Positions 38,840 through 48,914 of a DNA stretch of 64,000 nucleotides are shown piece by piece. The notes beneath the pieces are model-generated. The model had not been told where the DNA came from and searched no databases. It saw only the letters and a program-made list of their open reading frames with translations. Every line of letters starts with the position of its first letter. The stretch's first letter is position 1. The DNA is taken from the IMG/VR virus record IMGVR_UViG_3300031830_000001; one strand, given 5' to 3'. This DNA comes from an uncultured virus (IMG/VR IMGVR_UViG_3300031830_000001). Taxonomy: Duplodnaviria > Heunggongvirae > Uroviricota > Caudoviricetes. The position numbers and the translations under genes were made by a program.

Positions 38840-39146
38840 AAGAACGTATGCGATTAAGCAATATGAGAATATTAAACTATTTGATTCGTTTAGTCTTAGT
38901 GAGTTAGCAGATTTGATTTTAGAAGGAACTGGAAAGGAGGTGCTATTTGATAATGAATTTGTAGATAGAGTGCGTTTACTACAATTTGTGAATTTGGAGT
39001 TGGCTTTTCGTAGGTATCTAGAGTTGTTGAAAAAGCTAAGTGATTTGAATTTAGAAGATTCGATTACATTTTTAGAGACGGAGAAGGCTAATCTGATTGA
39101 TTTAATCAAAGAATCTATTTTATCTAAATTTGAAAAGGAGAGTTAA
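38811..39146 (+). CDS. Hypothetical protein
   Basis: AAAGGAG RBS; ERTY..KQYENIK motif. Confidence 0.6.
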   Translation: MMMPRSISVERTYAIKQYENIKLFDSFSLSELADLILEGTGKEVLFDNEFVDRVRLLQFVNLELAFRRYLELLKKLSDLNLEDSITFLETEKANLIDLIKESILSKFEKES

Positions 39147-39148
39147 AA

Positions 39149-39979
39149 ATGAATTTTAATGAATTTTTTGGAACCGACATTAATCGAGAACGAACAGCTA
39201 ATTTTGGGAAGATAATGTCTTTTAAAGACCCTGGCGTGTACAGAATTCGGATTTTAGAGCCTTTGAAGCTCCTTAATACGCATTATATTCGGAGTCAAAA
39301 AATTTCTGTATTATGCCTTGGGGATAGTTGTCCGATTTGCGCTAATAATATGAAGTTAATGGCTGCTGACCCTCAAAATTATTGGAAACTACCTAATTAC
39401 TATTCAATTAATTATCGATATGTTTGTAATATTTTAGATAGAACACGCGTAAGAATTTGCCCAGGATGTGGGACATCTAATTATTATTTCTTATTACAGA
39501 AAACTGGTAATAAGTGTACAAATTGCGGGATGTCTTTAGTATCTACGGAATTAGCGCCCTTAAATGAGATTAGAATTGCATCTTTTAGTGAAACTTTTAG
39601 GAATCAATTAAAGACTGCTGCCCTTTCTGTAATGGATGCTGAGGGTAATATTATTCCTGTAAATAAGTATGATATTAATGTTACAGTAACAGTTTCTAGT
39701 AACGGTAAGAAAACAATTACTCCAGCGCCCGCTCTGGATGGGATTGGAGACGTTGAAGTTGATACATCTCAGTTTATTGAGCACACAAAGGCAGCATTAA
39801 ATTTTTCGGCAGACGAGCTGATGAGAATTTTAGAGGGAGAAAGTTTTAGAGATGTTCTTTCCAGCCGAAACGCTAAAAAAGAATCTATATTTGTAACCTC
39901 AGATTTTGCATTGGATAGCAATAATGAGATTGCAGATGAGGTTGCGGAAACTTTAAAACAATTCTTAGGTAACGATTAG
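39149..39979 (+). CDS. Putative single-stranded DNA-binding protein (gp32-like) with Zn ribbons
   Basis: RIRIL..H..C.G..CPIC, Y.CNILDR, YDI.V, acidic C-terminus; near recA. Confidence 0.6.
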   Translation: MNFNEFFGTDINRERTANFGKIMSFKDPGVYRIRILEPLKLLNTHYIRSQKISVLCLGDSCPICANNMKLMAADPQNYWKLPNYYSINYRYVCNILDRTRVRICPGCGTSNYYFLLQKTGNKCTNCGMSLVSTELAPLNEIRIASFSETFRNQLKTAALSVMDAEGNIIPVNKYDINVTVTVSSNGKKTITPAPALDGIGDVEVDTSQFIEHTKAALNFSADELMRILEGESFRDVLSSRNAKKESIFVTSDFALDSNNEIADEVAETLKQFLGND

Positions 39980-39987
39980 TTTGCTGT

Positions 39988-40377
39988 ATGAAAGGGTCAA
40001 TATCAGAAAAGTATTATAATCTTCTCGAAAAATCTGCAAATAAACCTGCCGTGTTGGTTGCATTTTTGCGAGAATTTTATCCTGCTGACAATAAGCTATA
40101 TGGGTTTATCGGTAGATTAGTGCAACTTTACGGTGAGATAATCGTTTTCGAGAGTATTTTGATTACCGTTATGTCTGATATTGACCCTCTTAATTTTAAA
40201 TCTTATTTGGCTAGAGTTTGTAAAAATCTTTTCTTGGAAAGAACTTTACAAAGTACATCTTCTGATTTAACAGGTGTTGCTAATAATAACTTGGTAAGAT
40301 TATATCGGAGTAATGATGAACAGACAAAAACGGAAAGGAGTAGCTTGGGAAAGAGAATTTGTCGAATTAGTAAATAG
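39988..40377 (+). CDS. Hypothetical protein
   Basis: ORF in operon. Confidence 0.55.
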   Translation: MKGSISEKYYNLLEKSANKPAVLVAFLREFYPADNKLYGFIGRLVQLYGEIIVFESILITVMSDIDPLNFKSYLARVCKNLFLERTLQSTSSDLTGVANNNLVRLYRSNDEQTKTERSSLGKRICRISK

Positions 40378-40762
40378 TATTCCAGAATGTTCGGCAAAGC
40401 GAATCGCCGGCTCTGGTGCGTTTGGAACTCAATTGGACGAACCTCAATTAACAGGAGATGTTGTTTTCGCTGTTAATGATTTTCCCAGAAAATTTAGATT
40501 TGAGTGTAAGACTGGGTATGGTAATGAAACTCAATTAACAATAAAGCGAGAATGGTTTGATAAGATAAAAGAAGAAGCATCTAAAACCATGAGTATTCCG
40601 GGGGTTGCACTGAAATTTTCAGGCGTTAGGGCAAAGGGACAAGTAAGGTACGTAATTGCTTTTGACTTTGAAACTTTTGTTGAATTGCTGACTTATTGTT
40701 TAAGTTTGAAAAAAGAACTGGACTTGCTGTATGACAGAGTTAACGGTTTGGGATTTGGTTAA
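40313..40762 (+). CDS. Holliday junction resolvase, Hjc-like PD-(D/E)xK
   Basis: KRKG..WERE, SG, GD, FECK. Confidence 0.75.
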   Translation: MMNRQKRKGVAWEREFVELVNSIPECSAKRIAGSGAFGTQLDEPQLTGDVVFAVNDFPRKFRFECKTGYGNETQLTIKREWFDKIKEEASKTMSIPGVALKFSGVRAKGQVRYVIAFDFETFVELLTYCLSLKKELDLLYDRVNGLGFG

Positions 40763-41135
40763 GAAATATTATCAGGATACTTTTAATGTGCCTCCTCGAT
40801 ATTTAGATTTAGCAGCCTGTATTGATATTCTTAGGTTATGTGTTGAGGGGTATGGCAATTTGACTATTAGCAGGAGGCTAAAGTTACCTGTTGATTATAT
40901 AGAGGATGTTCTCTATGATTTTTTAAATTTCTATGGTTGGGATGCCGATTTAGATATAAGCCCTATTGCTATTTATAATTTATCGGCTAATGATTTTGAA
41001 TACTATCGTCAAAGGTTTTTGATGTTATCTCCCTTTTATTATAACGATAGATTGATAAAAAAATCTTTTAAAGTGTGTCAAAGGTATAAGGAATTATTGA
41101 AGGAACTGGAGGATTTATATGACAAAGTTAATTGA
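40731..41135 (+). CDS. Hypothetical protein with possible HTH
   Basis: GYGNLTISRRLKLP. Confidence 0.5.
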   Translation: MTELTVWDLVKKYYQDTFNVPPRYLDLAACIDILRLCVEGYGNLTISRRLKLPVDYIEDVLYDFLNFYGWDADLDISPIAIYNLSANDFEYYRQRFLMLSPFYYNDRLIKKSFKVCQRYKELLKELEDLYDKVN

Positions 41136-41472
41136 TTTACCTGATATTGAAAAAGTTCAAGATACGATTTTTGAATTATATCAGTTAGAGCAAGAGCTGG
41201 GTAAAGTTAAATTGGCAATCAAACTCAAAGAGGCTGAGGTTGTTAATCTTGTAACAAATAATCCTCAATATTTTAAAAATGGTAAGCCACTGCCTATCTC
41301 TCAGATTCAAGCTACATATGCTATCACGGGTTTAAACAATGAACTTTCAAAATTACGAGCTAAGCTGATTGAATTAGAATCAGAAGTGAATTATAAATCC
41401 AGACAATTAGACCTCTATAAAATGATTGCTGATTTATGGCGAACACAGTCGGCAAATGAACGAAAGGCATGA
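41119..41472 (+). CDS. Coiled-coil protein (possible UvsY-like mediator)
   Basis: Helical, ends WRTQSANERKA; replication module. Confidence 0.45.
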   Translation: MTKLIDLPDIEKVQDTIFELYQLEQELGKVKLAIKLKEAEVVNLVTNNPQYFKNGKPLPISQIQATYAITGLNNELSKLRAKLIELESEVNYKSRQLDLYKMIADLWRTQSANERKA

Positions 41473-41897
41473 GTGCTTATATTAAGCTGTTATTGCTAAA
41501 TCGAGACGAAATAAAAACATCTATCGTTCAGCAGGTAGATGATGTTGTTTATTTTAATTTTGATTCTGATTTGTATGACGATTTAATGGCCTTGGAGACT
41601 AAGATAGAAACTTTATATAAAGCTGGTTTAATTACAGATGAAGAAATTTTAATTTTAAATCTTATTACGCTAAATAAATCTTTTCGTAGTTTGGAAAAGA
41701 TTTATGGCATTTCCAGAATAACAATTTCCAAAAAATTTGATAGTATCTGCAACAAACTAGCTTTATATTTAGGCGGGAAATTCACAAATGAAGGTTACGC
41801 TAGATATTTGATGAAGAAATATAATCTTACAGAAGCCGAATTTAGAAAACTAATTCAGACTTTTAATAAGGAGTTAAGTAGTGATATTACGTTGTAA
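41469..41897 (+). CDS. HTH protein resembling sigma region 4
   Basis: ITDEE..IL...KSFRSLEKIYGISRITISK. Confidence 0.55.
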   Translation: MSAYIKLLLLNRDEIKTSIVQQVDDVVYFNFDSDLYDDLMALETKIETLYKAGLITDEEILILNLITLNKSFRSLEKIYGISRITISKKFDSICNKLALYLGGKFTNEGYARYLMKKYNLTEAEFRKLIQTFNKELSSDITL

Positions 41898-42540
41898 ACA
41901 TAGACACACAATTGAAGAGCATCCATCTTGTTTTGCGCAGGGATATGTTGATGATAAAGACTTCGAAAAGAAGACTGGTCAGCCTTGGTATAAATATCCT
42001 GCATATAGAATTGGGTATTTAGATATTGAAACAACTCAATTAAACGGTGATTATGGTTTTATGCTTTCTTGGTGTGTAAAAGAAAAAGATGGTAAGATAT
42101 ATTATGATGTAATTTCAAAAAAGGATTTATCTTCATATTCATTTGATTATCGGATTGTAAAATCTTTGATTGGACAACTTAAGTCTTTTAAAATCATTAT
42201 TACATATTACGGCGACAGGTTTGACCTACCCTTTATAAGGACTAGGGCTTTGTACCATAAACTAGAATTTCCAGCTTATGGAGAAATTTATACTTGGGAT
42301 TTGTATTGGACAGTGCGTTCTAAATTGAAATTGAGTAGAAATACTCTAGAGAATGCTTGTCGGCTGGTGGGTATAGAGGGTAAAACTCATCTAGATTCTC
42401 TTGTTTGGATGAAAGCATCGCTAGGTGAGTCAAACGCGCTGAAGGCTGTCCTAGAGCATAACAAGGCAGATGTTGAGATACTGGAAGCGTTACATAATCA
42501 ACTTGAACCGTTCAGAAAGTGGTCAAAGAGAAGTATTTAA
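41881..42540 (+). CDS. DEDD/RNase H-like 3'-5' exonuclease
   Basis: YLDIET, TYYGDRFDLPF, HNKADV. Confidence 0.85.
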   Translation: MILRCKHRHTIEEHPSCFAQGYVDDKDFEKKTGQPWYKYPAYRIGYLDIETTQLNGDYGFMLSWCVKEKDGKIYYDVISKKDLSSYSFDYRIVKSLIGQLKSFKIIITYYGDRFDLPFIRTRALYHKLEFPAYGEIYTWDLYWTVRSKLKLSRNTLENACRLVGIEGKTHLDSLVWMKASLGESNALKAVLEHNKADVEILEALHNQLEPFRKWSKRSI

Positions 42541-42543
42541 CTC

Positions 42544-42571
42544 TTGACAAACTGATAAAGTATGTTATAAT
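42544..42571 (+). promoter_or_regulatory. Consensus promoter
   Basis: TTGACA-16 nt-TATAAT with TG extension. Confidence 0.8.
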
Positions 42572-42605
42572 ATATGTACAATATCAACTAAAGAAAGGAT
42601 GAATT

Positions 42606-42866
42606 ATGAAAAACCCAGATGCGGAAATTATTTCTGTAATGCAGGTAAAAGCCTTGAACAATAATATTGTTCAGGTAGATGTTAGTTATAAAAAAATTAT
42701 TTACAAAGATGGGCAGCCTGAGGAAATGATATTTAGTGCATCAGGCTTTGATAGAGATATATTCAGGGCATATCAAAAAGCTATGTTAGAAATATATAAT
42801 GCTCTAGGAGTGATAGAAGAATTTGATGGTGTTGACTTAGTACAATCTAGTTCTTCAGTATTATGA
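42606..42866 (+). CDS. Hypothetical protein
   Basis: AAAGGA RBS after promoter. Confidence 0.55.
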   Translation: MKNPDAEIISVMQVKALNNNIVQVDVSYKKIIYKDGQPEEMIFSASGFDRDIFRAYQKAMLEIYNALGVIEEFDGVDLVQSSSSVL

Positions 42867-43069
42867 TTTATATTCATAGATTAAAAAATAATTTAGTTAT
42901 AAAAAATCCTCATAATCTGGGGATTTACATAACGAAGGATGGAAATCTAGTCATTCCTATATTTGCGCTAACGGCAATTCTTAAATTTATATTATTTAGA
43001 AAATTTATTAATTATAAAACGGTTCAAATGGTTGTTAATGAATATAAAGAATGGATAGAAAGGAGTTGA
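42863..43069 (+). CDS. Hypothetical protein
   Basis: Coupled small ORF. Confidence 0.45.
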   Translation: MIYIHRLKNNLVIKNPHNLGIYITKDGNLVIPIFALTAILKFILFRKFINYKTVQMVVNEYKEWIERS

Positions 43070-43071
43070 AA

Positions 43072-43266
43072 ATGGAGTGGAGGCTTCAAGACAATATAAT
43101 TGAGGAAGATTATCATTACGATAATTTTGATTTCTATTCTATAGCAACGGATGAAGAAAAAGAAAGCTGGTGGGCGTGCGTCTTAGGTGATAAACCTGAG
43201 ATTGACTATGAGGTGAGTTATGAAGATTGGCTAAATCTAATTTTACAGGAGGTTAATTATGCGTAA
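43072..43266 (+). CDS. Small very acidic hypothetical protein
   Basis: AAGGAG RBS; D/E/aromatic-rich. Confidence 0.55.
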   Translation: MEWRLQDNIIEEDYHYDNFDFYSIATDEEKESWWACVLGDKPEIDYEVSYEDWLNLILQEVNYA

Positions 43267-43564
43267 ACTAATTGTAACTAGACACAAAGGAGCTGTTGAT
43301 TGGATTCACAAACATTATCCCAATACATTAGATTGGGAGGTAAAGGCGGAAGTTTCTGAAGTCGATGTTAATGGCGCAATTGTAATCGGGGTATTGCCCC
43401 CTCCTTTAGCATCTCTAACGGTTAAATATTTTGCAATTGAATTTAAGTCAGGGAAATCTCCTAGAGGACAGGAGTGGACTTTAGAGGATATGGAAAATGC
43501 CGGGGCAACCCTTCAGCAATACGAGATAAGGAAGGGTGATGAGGATGTATCATTCCTATCCTGA
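43259..43564 (+). CDS. csx16: Csx16-like (Cas_VVA1548 family) protein, candidate ring nuclease
   Basis: TRHxGAxxW, VIGxLPxxLA, YF, RGxE, GAxLxxYxI match the Csx16 pattern as I recall it; AGGAGG RBS. Confidence 0.75.
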   Translation: MRKLIVTRHKGAVDWIHKHYPNTLDWEVKAEVSEVDVNGAIVIGVLPPPLASLTVKYFAIEFKSGKSPRGQEWTLEDMENAGATLQQYEIRKGDEDVSFLS

Positions 43565-44411
43565 AGTTTTCAGCCTGTATCATAAACAAGTTAGAGATAT
43601 TTTTTCTACGCCTGTCGTTGTTGAAGAAAAAATTGACGGCAGTCAATTTTCTTTTTACAAAGACAGGAATACTGGTACTGTTCATTGCTTCTCAAAGAAT
43701 GTTGAGATTAATTTGGAGTATCCTCAAAGCCTTTTTAAACTTGCCGTTGATTTTGTTTTATCTATTCAGGCGTTATTAGCTCCTGGGTATATTTACAGAG
43801 GTGAATGTATAAGCAGGGAAAAACACAATGTTATTAAATACTCTAGAACGCCTAAAACTTTTATTGTTGGTTTTGACATTGATAAAGGGTATGAGGATTA
43901 TCTTCCTCCTGAAGAGAAGCTGGAAGAATTTAATCGATTAGGTATTGAAGTTGTGCCAGTCCTCTACAGTGGAGTTGTATCTAACGTAGAAGAATTAGAA
44001 AGGTTATTAGATAGAGAATCTTTTTTAGGAGGTTCGCTTGTTGAGGGGGTTGTAATTAAAAACTATAACCTTTTTGGCGCTGATAAGAAAATTTTAGTAG
44101 CTAAGATTGTATCAGATAAATTTAAAGAAGTGGCTAAGCAGGTTTGGTCTCAATCTAATATAGTAAAAGAGCTGGGTACAGCTTTGAGGACTGAGGCTAG
44201 GTGGCAGAAGGCTGTAATCCACTTGAAAGAGCGAGGATTATTAGAAGATAGTCCGAGGGATATTCCTAGGATTATTGATGAGGTTTTAGCAGATGTTAGA
44301 AAGGAAGAGTATGAAAATATTTGCGAGGCTTTATTCAATCATTACTGGAAAGATATTTCCCGTGAAATTATCAAAGGAATCCCAGAGTGGTACAAAAATC
44401 AGTTGGGATGA
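43536..44411 (+). CDS. RNA ligase (Rnl2-like nucleotidyltransferase)
   Basis: EEKIDGS (KxDG), YRGE, GFDI, EGVVIK, AKIV...FKE. Confidence 0.85.
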   Translation: MMRMYHSYPEVFSLYHKQVRDIFSTPVVVEEKIDGSQFSFYKDRNTGTVHCFSKNVEINLEYPQSLFKLAVDFVLSIQALLAPGYIYRGECISREKHNVIKYSRTPKTFIVGFDIDKGYEDYLPPEEKLEEFNRLGIEVVPVLYSGVVSNVEELERLLDRESFLGGSLVEGVVIKNYNLFGADKKILVAKIVSDKFKEVAKQVWSQSNIVKELGTALRTEARWQKAVIHLKERGLLEDSPRDIPRIIDEVLADVRKEEYENICEALFNHYWKDISREIIKGIPEWYKNQLG

Positions 44412-44504
44412 GTTTAGTACACGTACTGATACTGATGGTAAGTTTATCGAAGGTTTACTTAGCGGAGAATATGAGTATAATGAATTTGGAGGTCGATAAA
44501 TTTT

Positions 44505-44699
44505 ATGAAATGTAAATTTTGCAACTCCTGTCTTAAGATAACAAGAATTGATTTTGACGATGAATCTGTAATTTATTTTGTCTGTTTATTTTGTGGCAGA
44601 GTTTATCGATATATTTCTGATTGGGAATTTCCCCAAGAAGATAATTCTGAGAAAGCTGATAAGGTTAGAGAAATCTTTAAGCTATCAAAAGTAGGTTAA
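44505..44699 (+). CDS. Small Zn-ribbon protein
   Basis: CKFC...CLFC; GGAGG RBS. Confidence 0.55.
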   Translation: MKCKFCNSCLKITRIDFDDESVIYFVCLFCGRVYRYISDWEFPQEDNSEKADKVREIFKLSKVG

Positions 44700-44700
44700 A

Positions 44701-45987
44701 ATGATTGAAGATTCTACTACTTTAGAAGTTGCTGTACTGTCTTTGTTTATTAATAACCCTGAGTTAGTGCTTGAATATCAGAGTCTGCCCTCTGATATTT
44801 TTTCATCGTCTGTTAATAAAAGCCTTTTTGAGGTAATTAAATCTCTTTCTATTAGCGGATTCTTGCCCTCTTTTGACTTGGTGCATAGTACTTTAGCATC
44901 GAGAAACATGCTTGAAACTTGTGGAGGGATTGATTATCTTAGGTATCTGAAAGATTCTCAATATTATGTTGAGAATTTAAAAGAGTATATTAGTTTATTG
45001 GTAAAGCATTATAAAAGGCGTCGACTTGTTAGAATGCTGAATAACTTAGATTCATCTACTATTCCAGTTGATAGAGTTGATAATTTGGTTTATGAGCTAA
45101 AAAATTATCTAGATAATCTGGATACTCTATCTGATGATTCTTTTGTATCTAAACTTGGGGCAGCAATTCCAGAATCTATCGGAGCCTTGGAGCATAAAAT
45201 ACAGTCCCAAAATAAAATAGATGTTACGACTGGATTTAAACACCTTGACGCTATTACTGGAGGATTTATTTCAGGTGATTTGTGGTATGTAGCGGGTAGA
45301 CCTAGTATGGGCAAGACTGCATGGTGTTTGAATTCAATAAACGCAGCTATTTCTAACGGAATACCTAGCCTCATTTTTTCTTTAGAAATGAATAAAACGG
45401 CTTTAGTTTATCGATTACTAGCTTTGAGAACTGGGATTCCGATTACGAATATTCGATTGGGATTGATTAATCAAGAGCAGTTGGAAATTATTAAACAAGA
45501 AGCGCAAAATATAAAAGAATTGCCTTTATTTATTGATACAAAATTTGACGCAAATATTTACTATATTAGGAGTACAGCTAGAAGGCTGGTTCATACAAAC
45601 GGAATAAAACTTGTTCATATAGATTATCTACAACTTATTGATATTGCGGATAATGCAAATGCAGTGCGGGAATTTTCATCTATATCAAGAAGTTTAAAAG
45701 TTTTAGCAAATGCTTTAGATGTTACTGTAATTGCGTATTCTCAATTAAATAGACTTACTGAACTAAGAGGTGATAAAAGACCTATATTATCCGATTTGAG
45801 GGAGAGTGGTGGGCTGGAGCAAGACGCTAATGTTGTTCTTATGCTTTATAGGGATGTAATGTATAACCCAAACACTGCTCAAAAAGACTTAATGGAGTTT
45901 ATTATCCGTAAACATCGGGAGGGGGCTACAGGTACATTATTCGCCATTTTTAATGCTGAAACAAATAAGATTATTGAGCATCTATGA
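44701..45987 (+). CDS. dnaB: Replicative helicase DnaB-like
   Basis: AGRPSMGKT, FSLEM, IDYLQL, SQLNR, LSDLRESGGLEQDA, KHREG. Confidence 0.95.
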   Translation: MIEDSTTLEVAVLSLFINNPELVLEYQSLPSDIFSSSVNKSLFEVIKSLSISGFLPSFDLVHSTLASRNMLETCGGIDYLRYLKDSQYYVENLKEYISLLVKHYKRRRLVRMLNNLDSSTIPVDRVDNLVYELKNYLDNLDTLSDDSFVSKLGAAIPESIGALEHKIQSQNKIDVTTGFKHLDAITGGFISGDLWYVAGRPSMGKTAWCLNSINAAISNGIPSLIFSLEMNKTALVYRLLALRTGIPITNIRLGLINQEQLEIIKQEAQNIKELPLFIDTKFDANIYYIRSTARRLVHTNGIKLVHIDYLQLIDIADNANAVREFSSISRSLKVLANALDVTVIAYSQLNRLTELRGDKRPILSDLRESGGLEQDANVVLMLYRDVMYNPNTAQKDLMEFIIRKHREGATGTLFAIFNAETNKIIEHL

Positions 45988-46862
45988 GTGTTCTAGCTAA
46001 ATTGGTGCAAGAGGATTTTGGTATTAAGAATGAAACTGAGCGATGGTTAAAGGCTCGGAAACATGATTCACTTGTAGTTGATAAACAACATGAAAAGTTT
46101 TATTGGAATTCTGTTGGTTTATTTGGCGGGGTAGTTGAATATCTTATCTTTGTAAGAGGTTTTTCTAAGGAGCAAGCTAATAATTTTTTAAGAGAGAATG
46201 GTTATTTAAATTACTTGCAAACGATTTCTGAAGCTTCTGATGAGCAAGAGCAGGAGCAGGATGAAAGTTTGGTTAAATTTTTTTATGAAGCTGGAAAAAA
46301 TAATCGAGATTATTTCTATCGCCGAAATTTAACTGATGCTACCATTGATAGATTTATGTTAGGATATTACAATGGTTGGTATTCAATACCGTACTATAAG
46401 AGCGATAAGCTACTTAATATTGAACTTAGACGAGATATTCCATCTAAGCAAATCAAGCAATATTATGCGAATGTAGGTCAGGTTATTTTTAATGTGGATA
46501 TTCTTAACTTTGTGAATACTGTCTTTATTACAGAAGGCTCAATAGACGCTTTGAACTTAATTCAAGTTGGGCTACCTGCGATTAGTTCATTTGGCATTAT
46601 TAGACCTCGATATTATTCTTTATTTGTTAATGTAAAAAAGATTTTTATTTTGTTTGATAACGATAGCGGTGGGATGAATATGGCACTAGCCACTGCTAAA
46701 CGGCTTGGCGTTGAGCGCTGTTATATCTATTGCTTTGAAGATTTTGAAAAGAAGGGCTATGACCCAGTTGATTACTTTAGAGATGGCGGTAGCAAAACCG
46801 ACTTGTTAAGGATTGTTAATTCAAAGAGTCGAAAAGCCTATCAGATTGTTAAGAAGCCTTAA
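45984..46862 (+). CDS. Primase (TOPRIM domain)
   Basis: FITEGSIDAL, LFDNDSGG, GYDP; ATGA-coupled to helicase. Confidence 0.85.
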   Translation: MSVLAKLVQEDFGIKNETERWLKARKHDSLVVDKQHEKFYWNSVGLFGGVVEYLIFVRGFSKEQANNFLRENGYLNYLQTISEASDEQEQEQDESLVKFFYEAGKNNRDYFYRRNLTDATIDRFMLGYYNGWYSIPYYKSDKLLNIELRRDIPSKQIKQYYANVGQVIFNVDILNFVNTVFITEGSIDALNLIQVGLPAISSFGIIRPRYYSLFVNVKKIFILFDNDSGGMNMALATAKRLGVERCYIYCFEDFEKKGYDPVDYFRDGGSKTDLLRIVNSKSRKAYQIVKKP

Positions 46863-46873
46863 CCTATGACTTC

Positions 46874-46902
46874 TTGACATTTTTCAAGCTTTATGCTATA
46901 AT
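46874..46902 (+). promoter_or_regulatory. Consensus promoter (TATAAT abuts the next annotated ATG)
   Basis: TTGACA-17 nt-TATAAT with TG extension. Confidence 0.85.
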
Positions 46903-47106
46903 ATGAGTACAATCAAAATAGAAAGGATTGAAGCCATGAAACGTTGTCCTATTTGCCACAAGAAACGACCAGATTACTTTTTTGATAAGTATCAAAACAT
47001 TTGTTTGGACTGCCTTTCGAAAGTTGTTGACGTGCATGTCCAAAAAACTCAAACGAAAAGGAAAAAATATTGGAAGGAGCAAAGGGATGAGAAATATTGG
47101 AACTAG
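46903..47106 (+). CDS. Small Zn-finger protein (start probably the second Met)
   Basis: CPIC...CLDC; AAAGGA RBS before MKRC. Confidence 0.5.
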   Translation: MSTIKIERIEAMKRCPICHKKRPDYFFDKYQNICLDCLSKVVDVHVQKTQTKRKKYWKEQRDEKYWN

Positions 47107-47251
47107 GTTTTATTTGGAGGCTGGGTATTTTTGGGGTGAAACCCCCAGCTTACTTTCAATCGAAATTTTTAGTTATATGGCAGGTATTTTAGATATTTTA
47201 CATATCAAAATTTATAAATTTGTATTTTCATTTGGATTGCAAATAAGGTAA
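47087..47251 (+). CDS. Small hypothetical protein
   Basis: AAGGAG RBS before ATG at 47087. Confidence 0.4.
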   Translation: MRNIGTRFYLEAGYFWGETPSLLSIEIFSYMAGILDILHIKIYKFVFSFGLQIR

Positions 47252-47263
47252 TGTGAATATTAA

Positions 47264-47470
47264 ATGAAAAATTTGCGGAAAGCAGATTGTTGTGAAACTT
47301 GTAAATATTTTCGCAGCGTTTTTAATGATTATTTTTATTGTGGTTTTTATAGGGAAAAGCCTCCTAAATTTAATCCCGATGATGAGGAAGCTTCTAGAAG
47401 AGCGCTTCAAAAATTTTTGAAGCTCTATGGAATAGAGCCTGATTATATTTGTGATTATTATGAATCATAG
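47264..47470 (+). CDS. Cys-rich small protein, paralog 1
   Basis: CxxCKY..YCG..PP..YICDYY. Confidence 0.65.
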   Translation: MKNLRKADCCETCKYFRSVFNDYFYCGFYREKPPKFNPDDEEASRRALQKFLKLYGIEPDYICDYYES

Positions 47471-47497
47471 TGGGTCGATTAGAAAGGAGAATATAAA

Positions 47498-47711
47498 ATG
47501 CGTAAAAATTTTCGTCGGGTAGATACTTGTTATACATGCAAGTATCTTCGCTCAATAGAGAGTAGTTTTGATAATTTATATTGTGGACTAGGAGGTCAAA
47601 CTCCTCCAGAATATGACCTAAATGATAATGATTATTGGAATGCTCTAGAAAATTTTTTAGATAATAACGGAGTGGCTGTAAATTACGTATGCGATAATTA
47701 TACAGCGGAGG

Positions 47712-47722
<11 letters not shown>
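47498..47722 (+). CDS. Cys-rich small protein, paralog 2
   Basis: CxxCKY..YCG..PP..YVCDNY; AAAGGAG RBS. Confidence 0.65.
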
Positions 47723-48330
<608 letters not shown>

Positions 48331-48343
48331 AGAGGAGGATAAA

Positions 48344-48706
48344 ATGGATATTAAATTAACTTTTAGTGAGAAACATAGGCAGAATTTCTTTAGTGGGATT
48401 TTATCTATTAAGGACGAGCAAGGACTTTTAGATATTTTTCAAGATGCTAAAAAGAATATTAAACAGAGTGAGTTTACTTTAACGCCTATTGAGCATTTTG
48501 TAGAGCTTAAGCCTATTGAATTTTTCAAGGTGGTTAAAAATAGAATTGTCGATGATAGTCCTAGAGAAGTTCGTAATATTTTTCTACTGTGTTTTCCTGA
48601 GCCGATTCTTAAAAATGTTGTTTTTGGTCTGATGGCACGATTAGACGGTGGTGGGGATTATTATAACTATTCTGATTTAGAGGCTATTTTATTAGGAAAG
48701 GATTAG
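48344..48706 (+). CDS. Hypothetical protein
   Basis: GAGGAGG RBS. Confidence 0.6.
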   Translation: MDIKLTFSEKHRQNFFSGILSIKDEQGLLDIFQDAKKNIKQSEFTLTPIEHFVELKPIEFFKVVKNRIVDDSPREVRNIFLLCFPEPILKNVVFGLMARLDGGGDYYNYSDLEAILLGKD

Positions 48707-48710
48707 TGAG

Positions 48711-48914
48711 ATGGATAACGATTATACACCCCTAACAATTGGTGAATGTTTAAAAATTGTCTTAATGTTTATTATATTTTTTATTCTCTTTATCGTTGGT
48801 GCTGTTTTTGAAAGTGGGGTATTACAAATATTTTTTGCTTTTTCAGCCACAGCTACTTTTGCATTGATTTTAATTTTAGTTCATGACGCTATAAAATATG
48901 GAGAAAGAAAATGA
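48711..48914 (+). CDS. Small two-TM membrane protein
   Basis: Two hydrophobic segments. Confidence 0.55.
   Translation: MDNDYTPLTIGECLKIVLMFIIFFILFIVGAVFESGVLQIFFAFSATATFALILILVHDAIKYGERK

Noticed and set aside
44293..44499. ORF overlapping the RNA ligase end as a frameshift extension
   Set aside because: No convincing slippery site or RBS; cannot be supported
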